Positions 39,837 through 53,700 of a DNA stretch of 64,000 bases are shown here, piece after piece. This DNA comes from an uncultured Planctomycetaceae bacterium (lineage in GTDB: Bacteria; Planctomycetota; Planctomycetia; Planctomycetales; Planctomycetaceae). Every line of letters starts with the position of its first letter. Position 1 is the first letter of the stretch. Below the pieces are notes generated by a model. It saw only the letters and a program-made list of their open reading frames with translations, searched no databases and was not told the origin of the DNA. Location of the stretch: contig CAWFGE010000008.1 in NCBI GenBank assembly GCA_963815195.1, positions 320,001 through 384,000 on the forward strand. Direction: 5' to 3'. The position numbers and the translations under genes are program-made.

Positions 39837-41626
39837 GCGAACAGCCCTCCGCTTACTCTGTGCGCGGCTCTTGTGACGAATCCAGATCGGCCGGAATTTG
39901 GAAAAACCGCCCGCAGCAGGTCGTACTTGAGGAACCAAGCCAATGTCGCCCGCGCGGTTTGCCTGGGGACTCCGGCACTTTCCAGCACGGTCTCGAGATC
40001 GGCGATCAAGCAAGTTTCTTCCGCTTGGGAAAGTAGGGATGACAACAGGGCCAAATCCGCGCTGCGGCATTCGGCGACATGGTTTGTCAGCGGAGTTTGA
40101 AGAAGCTCTTCCAACCGATCGGCTGCGCCCGGAGCGGCCGTCACTTGATCGTTCGCATCCAGCCAGCAGGTCGGATAACCCGCGAACGTGTATTCGGGAG
40201 CCGGATAAGCCGCCGGTCCCGCGTACCGCCGCGGGGATTGTGTCTGAAGCCGCAAATAGTCCTGCCGTTCGCGTTCCTGCTCGCGCCACAATTCTTCATA
40301 GGCGCGGATCACGCCCTGCCAGGAGAATTGTTCCTCCGCCCGCCGGCGGCCCGCGGCGCCCATTCGCCGGCGGAGTTCCCTGTCCTGGAAAAGTTGGACG
40401 AGAGCTTTGGTGGTCGCGGCGACATCCACGGCGACGGCCTGGCTGGCGCGGGCCAGAAAATGATCGTAGTTCAAAACATCCAAAACCAGCCGGGAGGTGA
40501 GATCGCTCAACGAATCCCGGACGCCCGCCGTCGGGACCAAAAACCCCGTCTCGCCGGACGCCACCAGATCGCGATAGCCGTTCCAGTCGGAAGCGACCAC
40601 CGGCAGCCCGCCGGCCATCGCTTCGATGATGACGAGGCCAAAGGTTTCCTGAAGATTATCCGAGAGCGACATAAAAACATCCGCCGCCCGCCAGGCTCCA
40701 AATCGGTTTTCGGACTGGAGTCCATCGAGAAACGAGGTCTGCACATTCGGGCCAAAGCTTTTGGCCCCGTCCTCGAATGCCTTTCGCACCGCCGCCGAGG
40801 CCGCCCAGCCAACCATCAGCAAATGCACCTTTTGCCTCGTCTGGGCCGCGGCTTCCGAAAGGCTGCGATACATGGGAAACGGATGAGCCTTGGCATGATG
40901 CGACAACCGGCCCACGAACAGCACGGCGATTTCGTCGTCGGCGATGCCCAGCCGCTGCCGCTCTAAAGTCCGCTCCTCTTTGGTGGCGGGGCGAAACTTC
41001 TCGACATTGACGCCGAGGGGAATCGTCTCCAATCGAATGCGAGGCCGAGGCTGTCCGCCGTGCCGCTCGCGAAGGTGCTCCGCGTAAGCGTCCCATACGC
41101 CTTGGACCATTTCCGCAACGGCCCGCGAGGTCGAGATCAATCGGTCGTAAGGTTCATAAGGCGCGGTGAGCATGCCCCGAAGGACTTCCACCGCCCGCGC
41201 CGAGCAAAGCGTGTGCGTGACTCCCGACAGGCTGAAACCGTGCGGCGGACCGGACTCCCGCGCCCAGGCAAACGCCGGATCGGGCGGGCACGGAAAATAC
41301 AACCGAGGCGCGGGTGGATCAGGAAGAAAGGTTTCAAAAAATCGGGTGCGCTGAATCACGCGGAGCCGGCGCTCGCGATGCCGGCTCGACGGATGCGACC
41401 GGCAGAATTCCGCGATCGATTTCTCGCTGGCGGCGTTGGGCACAAGGGCAAACAACTCCGCCCAATCCCCGTGGCTCAGGTAGGCATCGAGAAATTCCTT
41501 TCCCGCGACCTGCCGTCCCATCAATCCGGCCGGTTTGCCCGCTTGGCGATGAGCCGCCGGCTCCAACGTCTCGCGGTAGGCGCTGTCATCGTAGTAAAGC
41601 GCGATCGCGACCGGTTCGCCGTCCAC
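39758..41626 (-). CDS. Glycosyltransferase family 4
   Basis: LMGRQVAG, IPLGVNVEKF, VLFVGRL, DNLQETFGLVIIEAMAGGLPVVASDWNGYRD. Confidence 0.9.
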   Translation of the reverse strand: MDGEPVAIALYYDDSAYRETLEPAAHRQAGKPAGLMGRQVAGKEFLDAYLSHGDWAELFALVPNAASEKSIAEFCRSHPSSRHRERRLRVIQRTRFFETFLPDPPAPRLYFPCPPDPAFAWARESGPPHGFSLSGVTHTLCSARAVEVLRGMLTAPYEPYDRLISTSRAVAEMVQGVWDAYAEHLRERHGGQPRPRIRLETIPLGVNVEKFRPATKEERTLERQRLGIADDEIAVLFVGRLSHHAKAHPFPMYRSLSEAAAQTRQKVHLLMVGWAASAAVRKAFEDGAKSFGPNVQTSFLDGLQSENRFGAWRAADVFMSLSDNLQETFGLVIIEAMAGGLPVVASDWNGYRDLVASGETGFLVPTAGVRDSLSDLTSRLVLDVLNYDHFLARASQAVAVDVAATTKALVQLFQDRELRRRMGAAGRRRAEEQFSWQGVIRAYEELWREQERERQDYLRLQTQSPRRYAGPAAYPAPEYTFAGYPTCWLDANDQVTAAPGAADRLEELLQTPLTNHVAECRSADLALLSSLLSQAEETCLIADLETVLESAGVPRQTARATLAWFLKYDLLRAVFPNSGRSGFVTRAAHRVSGGLFAYFSSLDFCETFSPVGWPSSSSLRSF

Positions 41627-41710
41627 GAGAATTCCTATCCATTCTGTTTGATTGCGGCGGCATAAACCTGGCGAGCCAGGGTACTCAGCTAAAGCGTACG
41701 CGACTCGACC

Positions 41711-44700
41711 CTAAATCTCCAGGAGCAGCCAGTCCAAATCGCCGGCGAAGGCTTCATCATGCAGGTCGGTCACGCGGTCGCCGTCCTCATTGAGATTGAA
41801 CCAGAACCAATCGTCGCCCACGGAACCGGTGAGAACATCGGCGGAGCCGTCCCGTTGGACCGTGGTTTGATTGAGGACGACCGGCGCGCTCTTATCGCTC
41901 AGCGTGTTTATCCGCTCGGAATAAGTCAGATCCGTTCGCGTCCAGACAAGCATGACGAGGTTCAGCAACGAGGGAATGCGGTCGTAAATGATCGAACCGG
42001 CAATGAGGATGTCATCATCGGTGTTGCCCATGATGCGGTCGGCGTCCGGTGCCGCCAATTTCCAGATCCCGGCCGGCTCCTCCCAAAAGAAGGTCTTCGC
42101 CCGCACCGCCCAGGAGGACGTCATTGCCCGCTCCGCCTTTGAGCCGGTCATCGCCGGTGTCGCCGTAGAGCCACGCGGAAATCTCGACGTTCGCGCTAAC
42201 TTGGACATCATCATCTCCAGCCTGGCCGAAGACCACCAGTCGCGTGAGCATACCCGGCGGAACGGCGTAATGCGCGGTGGCCACGTCCACGGTGATCCCG
42301 TCGATCTGGCGCGTCAGTTCCAGATCGAATCCGGTCGCCGTCGCCTGAAACACGCCGACGAGCGTCTCCTGACTCGTCGAGGACAGCGGCGAATCCACCG
42401 TGGCGGTCAACGATCCCGAGGCCAAATGCCGCGAAAGGTCGCCCGAGAGTTGAATATCATCGGCTTCCAGCGTCCCGCCGACGGTCAATGTGTATTGGCC
42501 GGCGTTAAGCGGATCGTACTGAAGCGCCATTTCGGCGATGGTGATCCGGCCGGAGATCGAGGTCTCGACGCCGTGATCGTCCCGCACGGTGAGTGTGACC
42601 AGATACTCCCCGGCCGCGGTGAAGATGTGCGTCGGCGTAAACGCGCCCCCATCGGCGATCGAATGGAAGTCGATCACGGTCCCATCGCCGAAGTCCCACC
42701 GCACCAGTTCGGGCGTATGCGGTCCCGGAAACGTGATCGCTCCCGTGAAGGAGAGTTCCTGCCCGCGGACGCCGGAGAAGCCGGCCTGGTCCACGTTCAA
42801 TTCGGGACCGGAGAGCGAGAGCGTCAACGGCATGGCGACAACGTGAAGGCTAAAGAAAGCCGGTTGGCTGATGCCGCCGTCATCGTCCGCGACCACGAGA
42901 GACAGCACAAAGTCGCCGAGCGCATCGGGAGTGAAGTCGAATGTCGCCGCATCGACGATGGTTCCGGTCGGCAGGGCGTAAGGCAGGCCGTCTTTTATCA
43001 CGCTCCAGGCATAGCTGCTGGTGTCGGCGGTGCCGGGATCGTCGAAACTCGCCTGATATGTCGACTCCCGTGCGATGACCAAACCGTCATCCCCCAGGAT
43101 GGCGACGTTCTGCGGGGCGACGTTGTTGACGAACACGGTCACGGTGCCGCTCGCTTGCCCGCCGTCGTCGTCAGTGACGCTGAACGTGATCTGATAGGTG
43201 CCGTTGTCGGCGGGGACGAAATCGTAGCTCGCCCCCGTCGCCCCGGGAACGGTTTGTCCATCGATGGCCCATTGGAAACTGTGGGTATCGCTGCCGGGAT
43301 CTGTGAAGACGCCCGTCAGCATCAACGAGCTGCCTTCATCAAGGAACACCTGATTTTGGCTGCGGTCGCCCGCAGTGTCTGGGCCGATGAGCACGTCCAC
43401 ATCTTGCGGAGCGACGTTGTTGACTCGAATCGCCGCATCGATCGTTTGCATGCCGTCCACCAGGACCACGAGCGGGAACACATCGGGTCCACCGGAGGGG
43501 TCATCCCCATAGACATGGGACGTGAGGAACCGTGCGGTGGCGGAATCGAACACGGCCTGCGAGGTTTGCCCGTCGCCCCAAGCAATCTCGACAACTTCGT
43601 TGCCCGTCGCGTTCGTCAGCGCGACCGATGCGCTCACCCGGCCGCCTTCGTCGACGTCCGTTTGATCCAACCGGAGATGAACGTCGCCCTCGACAAAGTC
43701 CGCACCGCCGCTGGGATCCAAAAACACATCGCCTTCGGCGGCCCGAAATGCCACCACCTGCTCGCTGCCGCTGCTGCCGAACAATTTGTCCGCCCCGGCT
43801 CCGCCAATCAACACGTCGCCCGCCGGCTGCCCAGAGGCCGAGGGCTGTTCCGTCGGCGTTGTCTTGTACAAGAACAACTCGTACTGCCCCTGGTCGGTGT
43901 CGGTCACGCCGGTGTGGGCGGGATTGGCGGCCGCAAACGCATCCACGTCGAAGTTGGGTTCGTAAACGCCGAACTCCGGCGAATAAAAACGGAACGTGTC
44001 CACCTCGACGTAATAAACTCCATCCGCCGGCAAGATCACATCGAGTAACAGAGAATCGGTCGATTCGATGTTGTCATCGTTGAAGGCTCCCAAGGGACTG
44101 CCGTAATAATCCAGTTTATTCCCGTTCGAATCGTAGAGCCGGAGCAGGGAATCGATGGGATTGGCAATGCGATCGAGCGTGCTCGAATAGAGTTCCAGCG
44201 TGACCACGTCCCCGGCGCGGCCTTGGAAGGCATAGAAGTCGCTTTCGCTGTGGCCGGTGGCATCGAGGACAATTTCCCCAGCCACGTTCAACGTCGAGAC
44301 CATCCGATCGCCGCCCGCCAGGGGAACATTCATCATCTCGAGTTCGCCCAGATCCTGCGCCGCGTGCTGCGTCCCGCCGACGGTGATCGAATCAGACTTT
44401 TGTTCGTCGGGAAGTTCAATGGCCGTCCTGCCCGTCTCGGCGAAGGCCAGTTTGACGGATTCCCGTTCCCCGAAGTACGGATTGCCGACGGCATCGACGA
44501 GCGAAGTGCCCACCGACGCGGGCGACGCCAACAGATGCAAACGGGTCTCCACCGCAGATTCCGGCCCGCTGTAAGTCGGCAGGATGCGGTCGAATTTGAA
44601 GTTTGGAGACAGCCCGCTGCCGATCGGACCGAAGGCATCCTGATGCCGGAGTCCGAATTGGTGGCCCAGTTCGTGAGCGGCGATCGTGGAGGACAGGGCA

Positions 44701-47700
44701 ATGAAATGGTCGGACGTGCCCGGCAGCCGCTTCGGACCGAGAAAACCGTTGACATCCACAACGACGGTGCCGGAAAGACCCAAGAGCCGCCAGTTGAGCG
44801 ATTCCGCCCGGCCGCCCGGCTGCGCGACGCCGCCAATGATCGGCGTGGCATTGAAGAGCACCTGGAAGTAGCGGCCCGACTCGGGGCGGGTCTCTGTGAA
44901 CTGGATGTCAAACGCCCCGAAGTCGGCGGCCATCCGGGCCGCGATCGCATTCCGCTCCTCCGGCGAATAAACGTGCTCGCCCGAGTCGGTCGCCGAGTCG
45001 AAATCCAGATACACGAGCTTGGTGAAGTCGGACTGCAGAATGTCGTCGCCGCCCCGGCCGTCGAGGGTATCCGCGCCGCCTCGGCCGATGAGCTCGATTC
45101 GAGCGGTCGTTGCCGGCGATCACATCGGCGAAGGCGGTGCCGAACACGTCCTCCACGCCGCTGGGATCGTTGAGCGTCAGCGTCAGGTTGCCGCCGACGA
45201 TTTGCGCAACAGTAAGGCCCAAATCCAGCGTGACGCCGTTCGTGAACGCGTCGAAATCGAGCATATCCTCATCGAGATTCACGGCTTCGTTGATGGCGTC
45301 GTTTCCGCCGGCATCCGCGCCGAAATTGTAAACATCGCTGCCCGCGCCGCCGTCGAGCACATCATTGCCCGCGCCGCCGTCCAAGGTATCGTTTCCGATG
45401 CTGCCGATCAGAACATCATCGCCCCCGCCGCCCACCAAAGCCACGTTGCCGCTGAAGGCCGAAGCGTTCAAAACGTTGTTATGCTCCCCGCCCGTGAGCT
45501 CGACCCCCTCAAAGCCGTCCAGCGGGATGACGGTGCTGCCGAGGGTCAGCGAGTTGTTATTGAGGACGAGGTCGGCGTCGGCGTAATAGAGGAACCAGTC
45601 GGTGCCGGTTCCGGTGCCGTCCACGTTGTCGCCGAAGTATCGATCCTGGCCGCGGCCAACGATGCGATCGTCGCCTTCGCCGCCGACGATGAGATTGGCC
45701 CCGCCGGTGCCGAAGATCAGATCGTTCCCGTCCCCGCCGAACAGCGTGTCATCGTCGGTCGCGGTGGTGGTGTCGTTGCCGTCGCCGGCGTAGAGCGTGT
45801 CGTCTCCCATGCCGCCGTCCAGCGAATCGTTCCCGTCGCTGCCGATGAGGGTGTCGTTGCCCATGCCGCCGTCGAGGGACTCGTTGCCGTCGCCTCCGAC
45901 AAGCGAATCGTTTCCGTCGCCGCCCATCAGCGTATCATCGCCCGTACCGGCATCGAGAGAATCCTCCCCGCCGCCGGCACTTAATGTGTCGTTGCCCGCG
46001 CCGCCGTCGAGCGAATCGTTGCCGCCGCCGCCGAAGATCAAATCGTTCCCGTCGCCGCCGAAGAGCGTATCGTCGCCGTACTCGTTTGTGTCGGTGCTGT
46101 CGCCGTTGCCCTCGCCCGCAATCAGCGTGTCGTTGCCCATGCCGCCGTCGAGCGAATCGTTGCCGTCCCCGGAGACCAGCGTATCGTTGCCGTCCGCGCC
46201 GGTGAGCGAATCGTTCCCCGAACCGCCGTCGAGGGTGTCATTCCCCACCCCGCCATCCAGCGAATCATTCCCGCCGCCGCCGAAGATCAGGTTCGCTTCC
46301 TCGTTGCCGCTGAGGTTATCGGTCTGCCCGGAACCGAGGACGTTCTCAAACGTGCCCTTGAGCGTGATCGTGTCGCCGCCGTCTGTGGCGGTTTGAGGCG
46401 CATCGGTCGCCCCCAAATCGAGCGTGACGCCTTCGTCCACGGCGGCGAAGCTGATGGTGTCGTTGCCGTCGGCCCCACTTTCATCAAGAACCTTGTCGCT
46501 GAAGCCCAGAATAAGGTACAGATCGTCTCCAGCCCCGCCGACCAGGCTGTCGTTGCCAAGGCTGGTGAGGGTGTCATTGCCGGCCCCGCCGACCAGCGTA
46601 TCGTCCCCCGAACCGCCGTCGAGGTAATCGTCCCCCGAACCCATGACGACGAAATCGTCGCCGGCCCCGGCGAACACGGCCACGGGGATTGTCACCGCCG
46701 AACTTATCGTCACAGTATCGTTGCCCGCGTCGGTCGCGATCAGAATCGCAATCGCCGGCCCGGTATCAATCGCCGGTCCCCCGTTGAAGATCACCGTGAC
46801 GGCCGTGGGATCGTCGGTCGTGTCGGCGGTGGGCGCGATGTCGATTCTGTCGTCCTGATCCCTGCCCCCGATGAACAAGACCTCGGCGTTGCCCTGCCCG
46901 CCGTCGTCGTCAACCGCGTTTAATATCACGCGGGCCACGCCGCCCGACGGCCGAGGAAAACTCAACGTGGATTGGTCGTCCGTCAGCCCCGTCAGCGGCA
47001 CCCCGTCAACCGTCACGGTCCAAGCATATTGATACGCCTCCGCCGGACTTGGATCCGCCACCACGGCCCGCAAGCGGACCGTCATGCCGTCGCTTCCATC
47101 GTCAACGACGTTCGGTTGCGGCGGGACGTTGGTCACGGTCGCGGACGACTGCTCGAGAACCGCCGCGCCGCTGGCATCGGTCACCGTGACCGACATCAGA
47201 TAATCGTCGCTCGCCGTCCCTGGGAGATTGTCGTCGGGGTATCGGTGCTTGACGGTAAAGCTCGAGACGCCCGCATTCAGAGTGAACGTCGTCTCGGGAC
47301 ATGATCGAACGAGAATCCCAACTCGCCGGGGGCAACGACCAGCGTATCGCTCGTCCCGTCCCCCCAATAAACGAACACCGTATGTTGATCGTCCGGATCG
47401 GGGGCTTCAAACAGGCCGTCCAAACGAAAATCGCGGCTCTCGGGCAGATCGAACGTGACCAGTCCGAATGCTGCTTCCGGGGCGGTGGTGGGCTCGAGGA
47501 TCGTGACGATCAAGCTGTCAGGCAAAATCGTGAGCGGCTGGCTGAAGTTTGCCGCCTGGGCCAGTGAAAACTCGCTGGTGCTTCCGCCGGCCGCGGTCGC
47601 GGTCGCAGTGACGGATTCCCCCGCGACCGTGTATGCGGAGAGCGTGACATCAAAGCCGGCGGCGCCCACAGAATTTGTGGTCACGCTCGTCGATCCAAGA

Positions 47701-50700
47701 TACCGCCGGCCCTCGCCAAACCCGCTCGGATCCAAAGCGGCGTTCGCGTAAAAGTCCAGCATAAGCGTTATACCGGCCGGTCCGCTGATGCTTCCCAGCA
47801 AGCGCGTCGCGGCTCCACCTTGAACGCTGAAGAACACAGGGAAGTCTTGAACCCCGGCACCGTTCACCGTTACGCCGTCGTCCAAATAGTCGATGCCCAG
47901 TCCGCCGTTGGAATAGATACTGTTGCCCCGAATCGCCGCCCCGCCGTCAAAATATGTCACGCCGTCGAGCGAGTTCGAGGCAATCGTGTTTCCCTCGGCG
48001 GCATCGTTTGTTCCATCGCCGTCGGCCCCGATGAAATTCGCCGCGGCCCCGGCCTGGATGCGCACGCCGGAACCGACGTTGCCAAGAGCGAACAGCCCCC
48101 GTTCGTCCGTGCCGATCGAGTTGCCCATCACGAGATTCCCCGTGGTCCCCGCATCGCTGAGCAGGACGCCGTTGGCCCCATTCGCGGAAATCACATTCCG
48201 CGCCGCCGGAATAGAACCGCCGATCACGTTGGCCGAAGCACCGAGTTGGAGCAGCAAGCCGTTGCTCCCATTCCCCAAAGGGACCGTGCCAGTGATGTCC
48301 GTGCCGATGTCATTCCCGGCGACAACATTTCCATCCGTCCCGGCGTTTCGAATCAGGACCCCGGCGCCCCGGTTGCCTGAAATCACATTGCCTTCGAAAC
48401 CATCGGACTTCCCATTGCCGTCCGTTCCCACAAAATTGCTTGTTGCTCCGTTTTGGATGGTCACGCCGTTAAATCCGTTCCCAAGCGGATTCTTCCCTTC
48501 CGCATCCGTCCCGATCCGGTTGCCTGCGACGATGTTGAATTGCGTTCCGGCCTGCGAAATGTTCACGCCGTTAAACTGATTTCCGGAGATGAGATTGCTT
48601 TCCGTCGCGTCATTTGCTTCATCGCCATCGGTGCCGACAAAGTTACCCGTCGCGGCCGCAAAGATGTTGACGCCTTGTTGCAGGTTGCCGAGCGCGATCT
48701 TCCCAATCGCGTCCGTTCCAATGTAGTTGCCCTGAACCCGGTTGCCGGTGGTTCCGGGATTGACGATCCGCACGCCGTCGATTGTGTTGCCGGAGATTAC
48801 GTTTCGTTCCGCTGCGCTTGACCCGCCGATCCGGTTGTTGGCCGCACCATTCGAGATTACGATTCCAGTTGAGTGATTCCCGAGAATAGCCGTTCCTGTC
48901 TTGTCGATACCGATGGAGTTCCCGGCGACCAGGTTGTTCTCTGTTCCCGGGCCGGTAATGGCAATACCGATTCCAAGATTGCCGGAGACAAGATTCTCCC
49001 GGATGCGATTGCCGGCCGCCCCGGCTTGAATCATAATCCCATGAAACGTGTTTCCGAGCGAGATTGTTCCCTTGGCATCCGTCCCAATCCGGTTGCCTGC
49101 GACGACGTTGGCGTCCGTTCCGGTCTGCGCGATGTTGACGCCGACAACGAGGTTGGCCGAGATGACGTTGCCCTCGTCCGCATCGTGATGCCCATCGCCG
49201 TTGGTGCCGATGTAGTTCGAACTTGCGCCGTTGACAATTCGCACGCCATCGACCGCGTTGCCGAGACCGCTGTCGCCCGCGGCATTGGTGCCGATCAAGT
49301 TGCCGGCGATCACGTTGTTGCTCGTGCCTGTGTTGAGGAGGAACACGCCGTGGCGATCGTTGCCGGAGATGACGTTCCGCTCATTGGCATTGAAGTCGTC
49401 ATCACTACCATCGGTTCCGACGCGATTGAACGCCGCGCCTTGCCAGATCGCGACTCCATCAAAGGCATTTCCCAGATCCACGGCTCCCGTGACATCCGTG
49501 CCGATGTAGTTGCCCGCGACGATGTTCTGATCGGTCCCGGCATGCACGATCTCGACGCCGAGAAACCCATTGGCGGAAATGATGTTTCGCTCGTCGGCAT
49601 CCCTCTGGCCGTCGCCGTCGGTGCCGACTCGATTGTTTGAGGCACCGGCGGCGATGCGGACTCCGCTGCCCCCGTTACCCAACGACGACATCGTCCCCGA
49701 CACATCCGTGCCGAGGTAATTCCCTTCGACAACGTTCCCCGAACTTGCGTTGATCTCGATGCCGTCGCCGCCAAAGCGATTGATTGCCAACCCGCGAATC
49801 GTGCTGCCGTCGCTCCCCGCAACCAAGCGCAGACCATCTACCGCGGCGCCTGCGCTGGTGCCATCGAGCTCAATCACCGGGTTGTCGGCGACGTTGGGGT
49901 TATTGGCGAAGCCAGGTTCCGTCCAACCATCGATCGTGACGGTGTCGGTGATTGCGGGGAGCGGCGAAAGCAGCGAAATCGTATGCGGCCCCACTCCGGG
50001 GATATTGAACTCGATCGTGTTGAAGTCCGGCGACGTGTTCGAATCCAGAATCGCCTGCCGCAGGGAACCGGGGCCGCTGTCGTTGGTGTTAATGACGACG
50101 ATCGTCTGGGGGATCGAGCCGCTCACCGTCAGCGTAATGGTCGCGGTTCCCTGCGCGGTGTATGTTGCACCGGCGACCGCTTCGTAGTTCGCAAGGACCT
50201 GCGAATCATTGAGCAATTGATCGTCGTAAATCCGGAAAATGGCGATCTGGCCGTCAAAGCTCTCAGTTCCCGCCTGCCCGCCGCCGATTCCCCCCGCGTT
50301 AGCGCCTCCACGTGTTCCAATGGCCGACGGATCTCCGCCGGTCCAATCCCCCCCGACCGCCGTGTCGGTTCCGACGAACTGCCCGTTAATATAAAGGTTC
50401 ATGACGCCCGTCGACACCTCGTAAGTGCCGATGGCTTGAATGAACTCGCTACTGATTCCAGAAATGTCAAAGGCGATATCGCCGGCGTTCGGCTGCTTGC
50501 GAAACCGGAGCAGGTTGTCATCGACATAAAAACCAACGCCCGTTCCCCCGCCGTCCTCAAACAGGATCTGCCCGTTTATCGCGGTCGGCGCGAGGTTGTC
50601 CGGTTTGAACCAGATCTCAAAGGTCACGTTGTCATTCGACCAGTCGCCGGGGGCGTTTTGAAAGGACTGGGCGGTCGATGTATTCACGGCGACCAATTGA

Positions 50701-53700
50701 GCACCGGCCTCGTTGTTTACATATCCCCCTGGAAAGTCGTATGCAGCTGTGATACCGGGCAAACCGCTCACACCCGTCACACGTGCCACCGCGGGCAGAT
50801 TGTCGAGCAGCAACTCCAGCGCCGATGTGCCGATTTGATCTTCCCAACGATCGTCGCCATCCGCATCGAGACTCGCATCGACGGCAAAGTCACTCCCCGG
50901 TGTCAATGCCCCGGCGATGGTGGTGGCAATCTCATAGGTGAACGTGTCCGACGTAAAGGTTCCCGGAGTCAAGGTGGACGGGTCATAGGTAAAGCTGCCG
51001 TCCGGATTCACCATGACCGTGGCGCCGTTGATGCTGTTTGTATTGGATATGACCTCAATCGGATCGCCAAAGTCATTTGCCAACACGCCATTTAAGCCAT
51101 CGACACTCAGCGGCGTATCGACGTCGGTGGTATAGTTCGGGTCATCTGGCGTTTCGGGATCGTCATTGGCGTAAGCCGCTGGGATCAGCGCGACGTCGTT
51201 GCCGTCGCCGCCTGCGTATGTAATCAAAAAACTGATCCCCCCAACGCTCAGCAAGGCTCGCTCGGGAAGTCCGGCAAACGTGCCAATGACAGGGTCCGTA
51301 CCGTCATTCGTAATCAACTGAAAACTGTCGCCGGGGCCGGGCGTAACTCCTCCGAAAGGCACCCCATCGAGCGCACCCGCGAGCGTGACCGTCCCGTTGA
51401 CGATCAGTTGATCGAAATCGGGCGTCAAGGGGTTTGTGCCTGCGATTTCGATGTCGAGCGTTCCGCCTGCGTTCTGCGTGTAGTCGCCATTGATCGTAAT
51501 AATGCCGGGCGAGTTGCCGGGTGCGAGCGTGCCATCGTTGGACACTCCGCCGTTGATCGTTCCGCTGCCGGACAGCGTCGCACCGCCCGCAATGTCGACA
51601 GCAAGCCCAGTGTTCAGAAGCAAAGCCCCGCCGTCCACCGTTGTGCCGATTCCGTTACTAAGGAGGGACCGGTTTCCTATCGTTTGGGCGCCGTCGAGGC
51701 GAATCCCATCACCGTCATTGCCGGAAATCACGTTCCGCTCAGCCGGGAGAGAACCGCCAATGTCGTTATTTGACGCTCCGCTCTCGATGTTGATCCCGTG
51801 TCGCAGATTGCCCCGTGCCGTTTGTCCGTTCGGGTCGGTGCCGATGTAATTGCCCGCCACGATATTATCATTTGCGAACAGCTCCGAAGAATAGGCCGTG
51901 ACCGAGATGGAACCGGCCAGGGCGAGTTCCGGAGCGGGGTTCGGGTCTCCGAGGACTCGATATTGAAATGCGGTGTCGCGTACTGCCAGTTCCCAACCGG
52001 CGCCGCCACCCGCGTCGAAGCCGGCCCACTCAAAGGAATGCAGGCCGGCCGAAAGCACGACGCTCCCGGCACGAGTTCGGAATCCGTGGGGTAAGTCATC
52101 GACGACCACATCGGCCCCATCGATCCGCAGGCGGCTCCCGTCGTCACCCCCGATGCGAAACACGTATGTTCCGGGCGTGACCACATTGATCTGCCCGGTG
52201 GCCACGAAGCCGAAATCGTCGCCGCCACCGCCTGGAACCGGGTTGTCATAAGCAAAATTGCCAGCCGGCCCCCCCACGTCCCGGAGGTCCGCCTGGTCGA
52301 TCGTGCCGCTGGCGGTGCGGTTGGGGAGAGTTCCCGCAACCAGGGCATCCAAAACGGACAGTCGCGTAATCGGGACCAAAATTCCTGTGATCGCGATCCC
52401 GTCTTGCCCATTCCCCGAAACAATATTTCGTTCTTCTTCGTCCTGCTGCCCGTCGGCATCTGTGCCAATTCGGTTGCCCCCGCTTCCCACAATCGAGATT
52501 CCGTTCAAGTTGTTCGCTAAAACGTTTCCCATCCCATCCAGGCCGACCAAGTTTCCGGCGACGACGTTGTTGGACGCCATTCCATCGATGAGGATCCCAT
52601 GCTCCCTATTTCCAGAGATCACGTTTCCCGCCACAGTATTATTCGAAGTATTGTCGTCCACGATTTCGACGCCGTTCAACTGAGAGCCTGCAATAATATT
52701 ACGCTCGAAAACTTCGCTTACTCCGTCGCCATTTGTGCCGATACGGTTCTGGTTTGCGCCGTTCTCGAGGCGGATACCGTTGCTGCTATTCCCAATCGCT
52801 GTGGTTCCGTCCGCAGCTGTTCCAATGAAATTCCCCGCGATCACGTTCGATTCCGCGAGAGAAGTAATTAACACCCCGTCGGAATGGCCGCCCGAAATCA
52901 CGTTACCTTCCGATTGATCATTCGATCCATCGCCGTCCGTACCGATCACATTGGATTTCCCAAAAGAGATTCTGACGTTACGACCATTGCCAAGCGCGTT
53001 GGCTCCTGTCGCATCGACACCGATGTAATTTCCGGAGACCCGATTACCGTTCGCACCAGAACTAAAGAATAGGCCATCTCCAACGTTCCCACTGATCACA
53101 TTTCGTGCAGCGGCGGTCGATCCTCCGATGAGGTTGTTTTGCGAGCTGATGATTTCGATGCCGCCACTGGTATTGCCGAGGGCAGACATACCGGCTACGT
53201 CTGTGCCGATGTAGTTGCCTGAGATCACGTTGTTCGAACTACCTAGAATCAAGATCCCGTAGTAGCCGAAGCGATTGATCACCAAACCGCGGATCTGGCT
53301 CCCGCTACTGCCGGCCTGCAGTTCCAGGCCAAAATGGAAGTAACCATTTCCGTGCAGTTCCACGACCGGCGTGCCGGCAAAATCCGGTTCCGACCAGCCG
53401 TCGATCATGACGGTGTCCGTGATCGCGGGGAGCCCTGCCGGGCCCACGCTGATCCGATGCGGCCCCGGACCCGGGATGTCGAAGGTGATCGTGTCAACGC
53501 CCGGGTTGTTGTTGGCGTTGATGATCGCTTGCCGCAAGGAACCCGGTCCGAAGTTTTCTGTGGTGGTAACCGTTGTCGGCCGAGGCGAAGGGGATGCACT
53601 CGTTCCCAAAAGCACGGAAACGTCGTCGCTGAAATTATTCGCCGTCACCAGGTCGATCACATCGTCGGCGTCGAAATCCCCCGTCGTAATGGATCGCGGG

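Noticed and set aside
1850..47330. Programmed ribosomal frameshifting in split genes
   Set aside because: No consistent slippery sequences or stimulatory structures; too many unrelated genes affected
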